From IMG/VR virus record IMGVR_UViG_3300002026_000174, positions 1 through 54,214 of that record: 54,214 nucleotides of DNA. One strand, written 5' to 3'. How positions within the stretch are numbered: the first letter of the stretch is position 1; every line of letters begins with the position of its first letter. This document shows positions 37,357-46,538 of the stretch, one piece after another. The notes below the pieces were generated by a model that did no database searches, had not been told where the DNA came from, and was given only the letters and a program-made list of their open reading frames with translations. The position numbers and the translations under genes were made by a program. The DNA is from a virus. Taxonomy: Duplodnaviria; Caudoviricetes.

Positions 37357-38112
37357 ATGTCGATTGTCAAGTTCACAGGCACCGTGCTGCCTAACATCAA
37401 TAAAAAGGGTGTTCTCACCCCCGATAGCAATGGCTACTACACGTTCATCGTGGGCGGTCTGAACTGCTTTAACTCCGCTGGTGAGTACTATACCGCCAAG
37501 GGGGCGTCTCAGCTCTTTGAGGGCTCCAGTCACCTGATGCGTCGTATCTCTAACGGTGCGCTCTTTGGTGAGTTGGGGCATCCTAAGAAGGACCCTGCGA
37601 TGAGCATGGAAGACTTCTATAAGCGTGTGTTTACGCTGGATGAGCAAAACATCTGCTGCCATTTCAGTGAGATCTGGTTGGACTTTGCCTATGGTAAGAA
37701 CACCCCCTCTGCAAACAATCCCGATCTGGTGGCGATCATGGCCAAGGTCAAACCCTCTGGTGTGCATGCGAAAGCCTTGGAAGACTCCATCACCAACCCA
37801 CAGGAGAACGTGGCTTTCTCCATTCGCGGGATCACGGATAACAAGTACAGGAATGGTCGGGTGGAGCGTACACTCACGCAGATCATCACCTGGGACCGTG
37901 TGATAGAGCCTGGCATCAAGATGGCCAACAAGTGGGCTAGTCCTGTGCTGGAAGAGCTCTCGGACGTCTCGATCAATACCGAGAAGCTGCTCCAAGTAGC
38001 CGCCGAGAGCCAGTGCTCTTTGCTGGCTACTGAGAACAGTCGCGCTATTTATAGCGAGGTGATTGAGAAATACACGGTCTCTCCTAAGCGCTCTTCTTTG
38101 CTGGAGTGGTAG
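37357..38112 (+). CDS. Prohead (head maturation) serine protease, phiKZ gp175-like
   Basis: GELGHP (His), AFSIRG (Ser), ITWD..EPG motifs of T4 gp21-like prohead proteases. Confidence 0.85.
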   Translation: MSIVKFTGTVLPNINKKGVLTPDSNGYYTFIVGGLNCFNSAGEYYTAKGASQLFEGSSHLMRRISNGALFGELGHPKKDPAMSMEDFYKRVFTLDEQNICCHFSEIWLDFAYGKNTPSANNPDLVAIMAKVKPSGVHAKALEDSITNPQENVAFSIRGITDNKYRNGRVERTLTQIITWDRVIEPGIKMANKWASPVLEELSDVSINTEKLLQVAAESQCSLLATENSRAIYSEVIEKYTVSPKRSSLLEW

Positions 38113-38441
38113 AGGTGGCGCCGGATTACAAGTATGCGGCCAAGGTAGACCGCGTGGTCGACGGTGACACGGTAGATGCCGTGATGGATTTGGGGTTTCA
38201 TGTGGCGATTAAAATCCGCTGCAGGTTAGCCCGGGTCAACGCTGTGGAATTGTATGCCCCAGGAGGGAAAGACGCTAAACTGACCGTACAAATGCTTTTA
38301 CCGGTGGGTAAAGATGTCTTCATCCACAGCACGAGTTTAGATAAATACGGGCGCAGTATCGCTGAGATTTACGTGGATAACGAGAATCTGACCGACATTC
38401 TGCGCGGAGACTATCCGACGCTTTTTAAGCCTTATGTCTAG
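38106..38441 (+). CDS. Thermonuclease (SNase-like)
   Basis: RVVDGDT, RLARVNAVE, DKYGRSIA motifs; start codon uncertain. Confidence 0.8.
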   Translation: MVEVAPDYKYAAKVDRVVDGDTVDAVMDLGFHVAIKIRCRLARVNAVELYAPGGKDAKLTVQMLLPVGKDVFIHSTSLDKYGRSIAEIYVDNENLTDILRGDYPTLFKPYV

Positions 38442-38570
38442 AGTCGCATCCTCAGGAAACTTGCAGTACACACCACCCACCGGGGAAGTGCCTATCTGGC
38501 CTTCCCTGGGGGTGCTGTATTTTTTTAGTCATAGGCTGTATCGTCTGACTATAGCCACTGGAGATACCTG

Positions 38571-40715
38571 ATGATCCTCTTTGAGAGCGACTACGACTTA
38601 TACCCTACTTGCACGGTGCACGTAGAGACCCAAAACGAGAGCTTTAAACGCTTGGCATCCCTGTACAAGAAGATGGGGGTGAAGAACCACGCGTTTCCTT
38701 TAGCGTTGATCCAGCCAGAATTGGCGAAGGTCAACCCTCATGACCTGGAGAGCCTCACGATGGACACCATGGCGAAAATCGTCTATGAGTGTAAGCACAA
38801 CTTTTGGTACTATATCCGAGAGATAGTGCGTGTGCCACCACTGGCAGGCGTGGAGACCGATCCCTTTAATGCCAATAGAGCTAACATCGCGCTGTACTGG
38901 AGCTTCTTTAACCACATCACAACCATCCTCATTCAACCTCGTCAGACCGGTAAATCCTTCAGCACCGACGTCTTGATGATCTACTTGCTCAACATCGGGG
39001 TGACCAACACGCTGATCAACATGCTCACACGCTCAGATGACTTGCGTACACAGAACTTGATACGTCTGAAAAAGATCCAAGAAGAGGTGCCCTTTTACTT
39101 GAACTTCAAGAGCCGAGGTGACATCTTCAACACCGAGGAGATCAACATCAAGTCCTTGGGTAACATGTACAAGGGTAACTTGTCTAACCTCTCACCTAAG
39201 TTAGCCAACAGTGTGGGTCGAGGCTTCACGTCGCCGATTTTGCATGTCGATGAGGCGTGTTTCGTGCCTAACGTGGAAATAGCTCTGTCTGCAGCTCTGA
39301 TGGCCGGTAATGCCGCGCGTGATGCGGCTAGGCGTAACGACATGCCCTATGGCACGATTCTTACGACCACCACGGGCAAGATCGATGACCGTGATGCCAA
39401 GTACGTCTACAAGCTCTGGAACGCAGCCACGGTCTGGGATGAGCTCTTCTTAGACGCGAGAGACGAGGAAGAACTCAACGCTTTGGTGCTGTCTAATTCT
39501 AAAGCGGGTATGAACGAGACCAAACGTGCTATTTTGAACCTCACCTTCAGTCACCGGCAGCTGGGATACACAGATGAGTGGATGAGAAGCAAACTGCAAG
39601 AGACCATCGCCGAAGGTGAAGATGCAGATAGAGACCTCTTTAACCGCTGGACCAGTGGCACACAGACATCTCCTATTCCTAAAGAGTACATCGAGGTGAT
39701 GCGTGACTCGGTGTCTGAGACGTTCAGAACCGAGATCTACAGGCCTTACAACTATATCCTGCGGTGGTACATTACCGAGGAAGATATCGACTACCGTGTA
39801 GCCAACGGCGTGAGCTTTGTGATGGGGGTAGATACCTCTGACGCGGTGGGCCGAGACGATATCGCTTTGGTGATCCGAGACCACACGAGCGCTGCCGTGA
39901 TCTGTACGGCCACCTTCAATGAGCTCAACTTGATTACCTTGGCGGACTTCTTCGTGGACTTCATGATGAAGTATCTTAACTCCGTGATGGTCATTGAGCG
40001 TCGCAGCTCAGCTGTAGCCATCATCGACTACATGATCATGAAGTTCATCGCCTTGGGTGTGAACCCCATGAAGCGACTCTTTAACATGATCGTGCAATAC
40101 TCTCAAGAGAAAAACAAAGAGTACACAGAACTCCAACAGGTTAAGTATTACAACCAAGACTACTTCATCCAACAGAAGAAACATATCGGCTTTACCACTT
40201 CAGGCTCTGGCGTGACTTCTCGCTCTGAGCTCTATAGCACCACATTGATCAGCATGTGTAAGTACACCGGTAACTGCATGCACGATAAGCAGCTGCTGTC
40301 ACAGATCCTGGGTTTAGTGATCCGTAACAACCGCGTCGATCACCCTGAAGGCGGTAACGATGACATGGTGATTGCGGGGCTGTTAAGCTACTGGTTCTTG
40401 GTCAGTGGTAAAGGCTTGGACTACTACGGCATCGACCGAGGTCTGCTCTTTACCCGTAACAGGAACTACCTCGAAGAGAAGTACGAGGGCAGCTCCTTAG
40501 AGCAAGAGGAGATACTGATTAAAGAAGAGAAGATCAAAGATCTCTTAGAGCAGTACAAGAAAGAGGCTAACCAGTTCATCTTAAAGCAGCTAGAGTATAA
40601 GCTGCACGCACTGAGCAATGAGATCAACACCAGCCATAATCGCGCTATTTCCATAGAGCAACTCTTAGAAGATATCCGTCGCACCAAGAAGACCAATCGG
40701 TACGGTGTACGGTAA
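38571..40715 (+). CDS. terL: Terminase large subunit
   Basis: Walker A PRQTGKS, Walker B LHVDE, TTT coupling motif, nuclease GVDTS and DDMVIA; GGAG RBS. Confidence 0.92.
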   Translation: MILFESDYDLYPTCTVHVETQNESFKRLASLYKKMGVKNHAFPLALIQPELAKVNPHDLESLTMDTMAKIVYECKHNFWYYIREIVRVPPLAGVETDPFNANRANIALYWSFFNHITTILIQPRQTGKSFSTDVLMIYLLNIGVTNTLINMLTRSDDLRTQNLIRLKKIQEEVPFYLNFKSRGDIFNTEEINIKSLGNMYKGNLSNLSPKLANSVGRGFTSPILHVDEACFVPNVEIALSAALMAGNAARDAARRNDMPYGTILTTTTGKIDDRDAKYVYKLWNAATVWDELFLDARDEEELNALVLSNSKAGMNETKRAILNLTFSHRQLGYTDEWMRSKLQETIAEGEDADRDLFNRWTSGTQTSPIPKEYIEVMRDSVSETFRTEIYRPYNYILRWYITEEDIDYRVANGVSFVMGVDTSDAVGRDDIALVIRDHTSAAVICTATFNELNLITLADFFVDFMMKYLNSVMVIERRSSAVAIIDYMIMKFIALGVNPMKRLFNMIVQYSQEKNKEYTELQQVKYYNQDYFIQQKKHIGFTTSGSGVTSRSELYSTTLISMCKYTGNCMHDKQLLSQILGLVIRNNRVDHPEGGNDDMVIAGLLSYWFLVSGKGLDYYGIDRGLLFTRNRNYLEEKYEGSSLEQEEILIKEEKIKDLLEQYKKEANQFILKQLEYKLHALSNEINTSHNRAISIEQLLEDIRRTKKTNRYGVR

Positions 40716-40867
40716 CACGTACATAGTGTGGCAACAGACTACTCCTTTTAACCTCACTGTGGGGCCGTGACCACTCGTGGCCCCTTTATCTCATTCAACT
40801 AAAAAGGTTGATGGAATGTCGCACGACTCTTTAGTGTGCGTAGGCAGAACGCATACATCGGTGAGCG

Positions 40868-41110
40868 TTATGGGTAGTAGTCTGTGCTTAGGCTCTGTGT
40901 TCTTTTTCTCCTTTTTAGAGCGCAGTGCTTAGGTGCTGAGGTTTTACTTATGGTTTCTCCTTTAGTCGGTTCATGAACGCGATGCTTCGGTGTAATGCCA
41001 GCGTCCCTCTCTGTGCGTTCCTGTCCGCCTACAAAAAACTCTCTGTGCGTGAGGGTGGTCAGCTTTTGCTGATCTGGTTGGACGGTTGATTTGTTTTCGG
41101 GTTTCTCCAT
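40868..41110 (-). CDS. Possible small protein
   Basis: 80-aa ORF with AGGAG about 12 nt upstream; may be non-coding. Confidence 0.3.
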   Translation of the reverse strand: MEKPENKSTVQPDQQKLTTLTHREFFVGGQERTERDAGITPKHRVHEPTKGETISKTSAPKHCALKRRKRTQSLSTDYYP

Positions 41111-41352
41111 CGACTAGCTAACTCCTATAAAATGGAGTTAGGTCCTATGCGAGTATTTGGCTACTACCAAAGAAAGCTGGATAAACGGAAGATTAGAGTG
41201 TACAAGTTCTTGCAAAAGGACGTTTGAAGTAAACTGAACAGACTAGCCATGGTAGGCTAAAATATGTCGTAGATGCTCCTCAAGTCCTCGACCACTATGC
41301 TGTCAGTCTCGATGAGGTTTTTTCTTGTTTAATTGCAAAGTAGGGGTAACCC
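41109..41352 (+). ncRNA. omega-RNA scaffold of IsrB locus 1
   Basis: Immediately upstream of isrB; shares ACTGAACAG, GCCxTGGxAGGC, CTCC and GCTGTCAGTxTCGA blocks with 46286-46533, with covarying pairs; 5' end approximate. Confidence 0.75.
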
Positions 41353-42434
41353 ATGAACGATGAAAAATTTAACTGGGTACCTGTTGTTTCCTCGTCTGGT
41401 AAGCCACTCATGCCATGCCATCCGGCTAGGGCTAGAGATCTTATCCGTAAAGGAAAAGCGGTACCTAAGTGGAAAAAACAGCTATACTACATTCAACTTG
41501 TAGATAGGGTTGATGGTGATTTACAACCAGTTGCCTGTGGAATCGACCCGGGTAGTAAACGCGAAGGTTATACAGTTAAATCAGCTACTAAAACGTATCT
41601 GAACATTAATTCGCATGCCTGTGGTTACGTTAAAGACAAGGTTAGCTTTAAGCGCGTTATGAGAAAACTCAGACGTAGTCGGCACACCCCGTGTCGTGCT
41701 AAGAGAAGCAACAGATCAAGATCACTAAACTTCATACCGCCATCAACTCGAGCCAGATGGGGGTTAAAATTAAGAATAAGTGCATGGCTTTCTAAGTTCT
41801 ACCCTATATCGGCGTTTGTAGTGGAGGATATTATTTACGAGACAATTGAGGGTAAAAATATCCGCAGCAACAGTAGTTTCTCCCCGCTTCAAGTCGGTAA
41901 AAAATGGTTCTACGAACAACTAAGCAAATTAGCAAATGTGTTTACTAAGGTCGGTAGGGATACATATAACCTCCGACGGGACCACGGGTTAATCAAAACT
42001 AGATTAAAAATGGCTGAAGATTTCTCAGCACATTGCGTCGACTCGTGGGTATTGGCCAATTGGCATACCGGTGGACACCTAAAGCCGGATAATCAAACCC
42101 TCATGATACTAAAGCCAATAGACTACCGGAGAAGACAACTTCACGTTGCTACGCCCGTAAAAGGTGGGTGTAGACGGAGGTATGGCGGAACTATGTCCTC
42201 TCTATGGTGGGTGGGTATACCGAGGACAGAGTTACACTCACAGACACAGTATACGGAAAAAGAAAAACACAACAGGCTAAACTCAGCGATTGTTTGATTC
42301 TAGCACCATCCCCGTGGCTTTATCACCCCGTCAGACATTCTAAATCCATAGACAAAAAGATACGCAATGTAAGTATTTTGAGAGCTAAAAAGGGTAGAGT
42401 TGTGGTTGCCAGCGAAACCACGACGTCCCTCTAA
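41353..42434 (+). pseudogene. isrB: IsrB-like RNA-guided nickase (PLMP + split RuvC, no HNH), C-terminus frameshifted as sequenced
   Basis: KPLMPCHPARAR, GIDPGSK, Arg-rich bridge helix, VVEDI, SAHCVDSW; homology to locus 2 continues in ORF 42204-42434 (VGG..., SPWLY) after a missing segment. Confidence 0.8.
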
Positions 42435-42500
42435 CTGTTGTTAGTAAATTGATTGTTGTCGCTGGAAGGTTCTCCATGATTGCATGTAACAATGCTTTAA

Positions 42501-42543
42501 CACTCTACCCTGGCCAGCGATGGTCTAGGGTAGAGTGCTTTTT
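42501..42543 (+). terminator. Terminator-like hairpin
   Basis: CACTCTACCCT/AGGGTAGAGTG stem followed by CTTTTT. Confidence 0.7.
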
Positions 42544-42665
42544 CGTTGGTTCGCATAACGAGTGTTTGATCTATTTTCAATTACATATATGTATACTGTA
42601 GAAGCAATATCGCTTCCATTATAGCTATCAGTTTCGATAGCACTTACCTTAAAAGGAAAAGTATC

Positions 42666-42929
42666 ATGTGCCAATCAATACAGACCACTCAAACCCAAGA
42701 GTCAAAAAACGGTAAGTACTTCTTCAGAACTGAATGCGGTGAATGCGGTTGCTTGGTAAAGCCAGACCAAGAAATATCGTATGCTGAATTTGCCGAGCAT
42801 GCCGATGGCGGTTTACCTACAGAGTTTATCTGCACTGAACCTGGCACCATCAACGGGTATGAAGTTGTTTCTGGTAATTTTTACCAATGCAATCGCTGCA
42901 AAGAAGAAGATCAGCTCTGTCTTGGCTGA
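42666..42929 (+). CDS. Small Cys-rich (zinc-binding) protein, probable early gene
   Basis: CGECGC and CNRC motifs; AAGGA RBS; AT-rich upstream region. Confidence 0.65.
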   Translation: MCQSIQTTQTQESKNGKYFFRTECGECGCLVKPDQEISYAEFAEHADGGLPTEFICTEPGTINGYEVVSGNFYQCNRCKEEDQLCLG

Positions 42930-43051
42930 GTGGCATGACAAAGCTTTAAAAATCTAAATGAGGCGGCAGGTAGGTCGACACCATGAGAACATCGGATGTC
43001 AAATCCGATACTGATCCACCTGGCTTAATCAAGACCTTAAGGAAATACAAT

Positions 43052-43150
43052 ATGCAATCAACACCACTCACTGCCCGCCAGTACGCAGAAGCCATCATCT
43101 GCGGCCTAATATTCGCCATCCCCATCTTCTACTGGGGTTGGGCATACTGA
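43052..43150 (+). CDS. 32-aa single-TM peptide (not in ORF track)
   Basis: AAGGA RBS; MQSTPLTARQYAEAIICGLIFAIPIFYWGWAY*; followed by a hairpin and T run. Confidence 0.55.
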   Translation: MQSTPLTARQYAEAIICGLIFAIPIFYWGWAY

Positions 43151-43255
43151 GCCCTTAGCGGCTCACGAGAAAACACTCTTACCGGTGTTTTTCTTTTGCT
43201 TACAACGACCCACCCTAACACCTACCTTGCTCGGGTGGTGTTAGGGTGGGTGTGT

Positions 43256-43468
43256 TTAACGCTCGACAATCGAGTTATTGACAGGGTCGTATTTGTAAGC
43301 CAGAGCAACGTTGCGCCAAGCGATGACTTCCTTAGCTAGAGATTCAGCATCCATATCCATGGGGTGCTTATGGTGAGGTGTTTGACCTGCCCGTTTGAGA
43401 ACAGGTTTATAGGGTTTATCGGTTTTGACAGGCACCGGTTTGCCGTCACGGTAGACTCTCGAATCCAT
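43256..43468 (-). CDS. Small hypothetical protein
   Basis: 70-aa ORF directly downstream of the recombinase with AAGG RBS. Confidence 0.6.
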   Translation of the reverse strand: MDSRVYRDGKPVPVKTDKPYKPVLKRAGQTPHHKHPMDMDAESLAKEVIAWRNVALAYKYDPVNNSIVER

Positions 43469-43475
43469 AGTGACC

Positions 43476-44924
43476 TTACTTCTTGCCTTTCACAAGTTTT
43501 GGTGTAGTTTTGTCAAGCCAAAAAGGAATATATGTGCCATTTGCCATATTCACGAGGTCCATCGTAGAGAGGAAGGGTTTATCAGCGGTATCGTTCTTGA
43601 ACGTCCACCAGTCACGTGTATCTAGGAGCACGTCCCAGTCATAGGTCTCTTTGAGTTTATCGTAGAGTTCTTTAGGTTCAGGAATCGTGATCGTGAGATT
43701 GCGCCAATGCTGCTTCATCTGCAAGAGATCAGCGGTGATCTTAATGGCACGACGCAGCTGAGGGTTAGCGTCGATGGTTTGCCTCACTGTCGTGCGACTG
43801 ATTTTGACATCAGGTAACAGGGTCAGGCTATAAGACATCAGTGTGCCTTCTAGGCCAAAGCGGTTGTTCTCTTTGAGGTAGTGAAACTCCGTCAGGGTGG
43901 GTAGCACCCCTTCAGCTTGTGAGACGATGATCTCCAGGTTCACACCAGAGGGACCTGACTTGTTCCTCAGTTGACGGATGGTGACGATGTTGAGATCGTT
44001 GTTCTCGGTCTCACCGGAGTCACGCGTCTTAGGATACTCAGGACCTTTAGTGCCTTGGTTGGTGAGCTGAGACAAACCTAGAGTCTGCCAAAACAGGTTC
44101 GGTAGGAAGTAGAACTTGTCAGTCACGCCTTTGAGCTTATCACCCATCTTCATGTGCTGAAGCTTCTTAGTCGGTGTCGAGTAGGGTCCTGCTCCGATGG
44201 CCATGTCAGTGCCTAAGTGGGCTGTCATGAGCATGTAGTGCCCTGAGCTATTACACAAGCTAGGCAGCTCCATCAGTAAACGTGTCTTAGCCAAACCTAG
44301 ACGCATATGGATGGTGTTACCCCCAGAGTCACCCAGCTCGTTCTTGTTCTGGATCTCTTGGATATCGGCTGTCTCGAACTCGGAGATGCTGTCGATCTCA
44401 CCGAAGGTCGGAAAGATGGTTTTGATGATCTTCCCTTCCGGATCTAGGAAGGGAGTATCGATCATATAGTCCTTCTTGTTCTTGAGCTTATCGCCCTTGA
44501 GGAAGGTTTTCAGGAGCTCGTACCAGTCATTGCCCATGTGCATCGTCTTATCAGTGATGGACAGAATCTTGGCTTTGACGATGTCGAGGTCTTTGAAGTA
44601 GGAGAAGCGGTTAGATAAGGTATTGAAGCGCTCAGGGCTGGCGCTCATCTCGGTATCGTACACGCTCATATAGGGTGAAAACCCACTGGCTGCGACTGCA
44701 TTAGCGGCTGAGAGCATCATGTAGTGCGAGATCGTGGACTTGTAAGTGTTACCACGACCTGCGACGGCGGTGAGTACACCTAAGCCACCGTTGAGGATGG
44801 ATTCGCCGTGGACGCCTTTGACGTAGGAGCCTGTGGGGATATCCAGGAGAGCACCTACGTTGTACATGACTTTCACGGAGTCAATCTCTTTGAAAGCGGG
44901 TTTGCTGTTGAACATCATCTGCAT
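43476..44924 (-). CDS. uvsX: UvsX/RecA-like recombinase (phiKZ-type)
   Basis: Walker A GRGNTYKS, YDTE, IDSISE Walker B, RNKSG; AAGGA RBS. Confidence 0.8.
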   Translation of the reverse strand: MQMMFNSKPAFKEIDSVKVMYNVGALLDIPTGSYVKGVHGESILNGGLGVLTAVAGRGNTYKSTISHYMMLSAANAVAASGFSPYMSVYDTEMSASPERFNTLSNRFSYFKDLDIVKAKILSITDKTMHMGNDWYELLKTFLKGDKLKNKKDYMIDTPFLDPEGKIIKTIFPTFGEIDSISEFETADIQEIQNKNELGDSGGNTIHMRLGLAKTRLLMELPSLCNSSGHYMLMTAHLGTDMAIGAGPYSTPTKKLQHMKMGDKLKGVTDKFYFLPNLFWQTLGLSQLTNQGTKGPEYPKTRDSGETENNDLNIVTIRQLRNKSGPSGVNLEIIVSQAEGVLPTLTEFHYLKENNRFGLEGTLMSYSLTLLPDVKISRTTVRQTIDANPQLRRAIKITADLLQMKQHWRNLTITIPEPKELYDKLKETYDWDVLLDTRDWWTFKNDTADKPFLSTMDLVNMANGTYIPFWLDKTTPKLVKGKK

Positions 44925-44938
44925 GGGGTTTCCTTTTG

Positions 44939-45094
44939 TTATGGCTCAACACATGACTTAGTCAGTGCTTTTTTTACATACTTCCAGCTGTAGTACAGAC
45001 TGTAGTAAACGGTGCCTGTGGTGATCGCCAGCATAAACATGCCCGCGAGCATGAGAGTAGCTAAGACGACGATGAAAGTTTCGATGAGCTTCAT
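44939..45094 (-). CDS. 51-aa membrane protein (not in ORF track)
   Basis: MKLIETFIVVLATLMLAGMFMLAITTGTVYYSLYYSWKYVKKALTKSCVEP*; GAGGAG RBS lies within the IsrB element end. Confidence 0.6.
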   Translation of the reverse strand: MKLIETFIVVLATLMLAGMFMLAITTGTVYYSLYYSWKYVKKALTKSCVEP

Positions 45095-45124
45095 CAGACT
45101 TCTCCTCGACGGATACCCCGCCCT

Positions 45125-46285
45125 TCAGGGTGGGGAGGAGGAGAGCAGGTGGACCTGCCCTCGGCGCAGCAGTGAGTGTTGACGGCGCATGGCTTTTTTC
45201 TGGGTGCGGTGAGCGGCGGCGTGGTCATAGAGACTCCAGGGTGAGTGAGAGACGAGGGTGAGGTCGGTAGGTTTAGCGTTTTGGCATAAGCGGGAGTTAC
45301 TGACGGGGGCGTTTAGACTGAGCCTACCTTGGCCGTCATGACCACCAACCAGACACTGACCGTATTTAGGGTGTATGGCCAGTGTACCCTTTTGGATACC
45401 CAGCGAGAGGCTACCCCCGTAGCGGCGACGCTCACCGCCCTGAGAGGGGTTAAAGAGGGTGAGCTGGCGCCGGATCACGGGAAGCTGCTTCAGGACCAGC
45501 AGAGCTTCGAGGTCAGGGGTGGTATGGCCACCGACCCAGGCGTTAGCTAAGGTCCAGCTGTCCACGCAGTGGGCACTGAAGATGGTGGCGAGTTTGCTCT
45601 TGGTCTTGGGTAGCCCCATGGCTTGGCGCATCTCGTAGGTCTGGTGGCCTTCGACTTTGACCAGCTCGACGCCGTAGGCTTGCAGACGCCGATAGAGCCA
45701 GTGCTTACCAGCCTCGATGGGACTGAAGTTGTTGTTCCAGCGTTTGGCGCCGGCGTGCTGACCTTTGACAGTCTTGGCTTTGACATCCTCGATGACGACG
45801 CACTCGACGGGGTAGAGGTTGGCCAGCCAGGCGAAGATGTTGTACTTGAGCTGCCAGCGGGCGTGGGTGGAAGGCGGTAGCCAGTCCTGCTTACGAGCAC
45901 GATTCGGTCGGCAGGCCCGACACGGGGTCTTGCGCTGACGACGAGCACCCCGAGCGTTAGCGCGTGTCTCCACAGCTTTGCTGATACCTTTACCGTCAGC
46001 GGCGTGGGACTGGATGTTCAGCAGCGTGCGCTTCTCGGATTTCAGGGTGTAGCCTTCCATCTTAGAGCCGGGGTCGATGCCGAGGGCGATGGGTTGGGTA
46101 TCTCCGTCTTCGCGCTCGGTGAGGACGATGTAGAAGAGGCGGCTCTTATAGTGAGGTGTGGCTTTACCTTTAGCGATGAGTTTGCGGGCACGTGCGGGGT
46201 GGCACGGCATGAGGGGTTTACCCGTCTTAGAGACGACGGGGACCCAGCGCTGCTGATGCGGGTCTGAGGAGATGGGTGTGGTCAT
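45125..46285 (-). CDS. isrB: IsrB RNA-guided nickase (intact, ~386 aa)
   Basis: KPLMPCHPARAR (PLMP), GIDPGSK (RuvC-I), Arg-rich helix, VIEDV (RuvC-II), SAHCVDSW (RuvC-III), no HNH; ATG 46285 preferred because the listed start lies in the omega-RNA. Confidence 0.88.
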   Translation of the reverse strand: MTTPISSDPHQQRWVPVVSKTGKPLMPCHPARARKLIAKGKATPHYKSRLFYIVLTEREDGDTQPIALGIDPGSKMEGYTLKSEKRTLLNIQSHAADGKGISKAVETRANARGARRQRKTPCRACRPNRARKQDWLPPSTHARWQLKYNIFAWLANLYPVECVVIEDVKAKTVKGQHAGAKRWNNNFSPIEAGKHWLYRRLQAYGVELVKVEGHQTYEMRQAMGLPKTKSKLATIFSAHCVDSWTLANAWVGGHTTPDLEALLVLKQLPVIRRQLTLFNPSQGGERRRYGGSLSLGIQKGTLAIHPKYGQCLVGGHDGQGRLSLNAPVSNSRLCQNAKPTDLTLVSHSPWSLYDHAAAHRTQKKAMRRQHSLLRRGQVHLLSSSPP

Positions 46286-46533
46286 GGTGATTTCTGCCTT
46301 ACGGCGCTTCGGGTGAACGAGTGAGGGCCCCTTCGACACTGACAGCTTCAGAGGTTACGGGCTAGGGGAGTACCTGTAACGTGATGTGGCCTGCCACGGC
46401 CTTAGCTGTTCAGTATTGCGCCCGCGGTAGGTAAGGGTCTACAGCGCGGGTGTCTAGTACAACCGTTTAGTCTCGAGTTAGGCCCTTGGCAGGGCTGCTC
46501 TCAAGCCCCGGCTTTTAAGCCGGGGTGGTTGAC
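46286..46533 (-). ncRNA. omega-RNA scaffold of IsrB locus 2
   Basis: About 250-nt structured non-coding leader starting GTCAAC; stems ACTGAACAG/CTGTCAGT, GTTAC/GTAAC and CCCCT/AGGGG. Confidence 0.85.
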
Positions 46534-46538
46534 AGATG

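Larger units (their letters stand above)
45095..46533 (-). mobile_element. Non-autonomous IS200/IS605-family element carrying omega-RNA + isrB
   Basis: Minus strand starts GTCAACCACCCCGGCTTAAAAGCCGGGGCTTG and ends CCCCACCCTGAAGGGCGGGGTATCC..., typical subterminal hairpins; followed by ATGA; GC-richer than flanks; no tnpA. Confidence 0.85.

Noticed and set aside
41353-46285. Calling the RRXRR proteins IscB, Cas9 or TnpB
   Set aside because: PLMP N-terminus with split RuvC but no HNH between RuvC-II and RuvC-III, and an upstream RNA, fit IsrB; no CRISPR array is present
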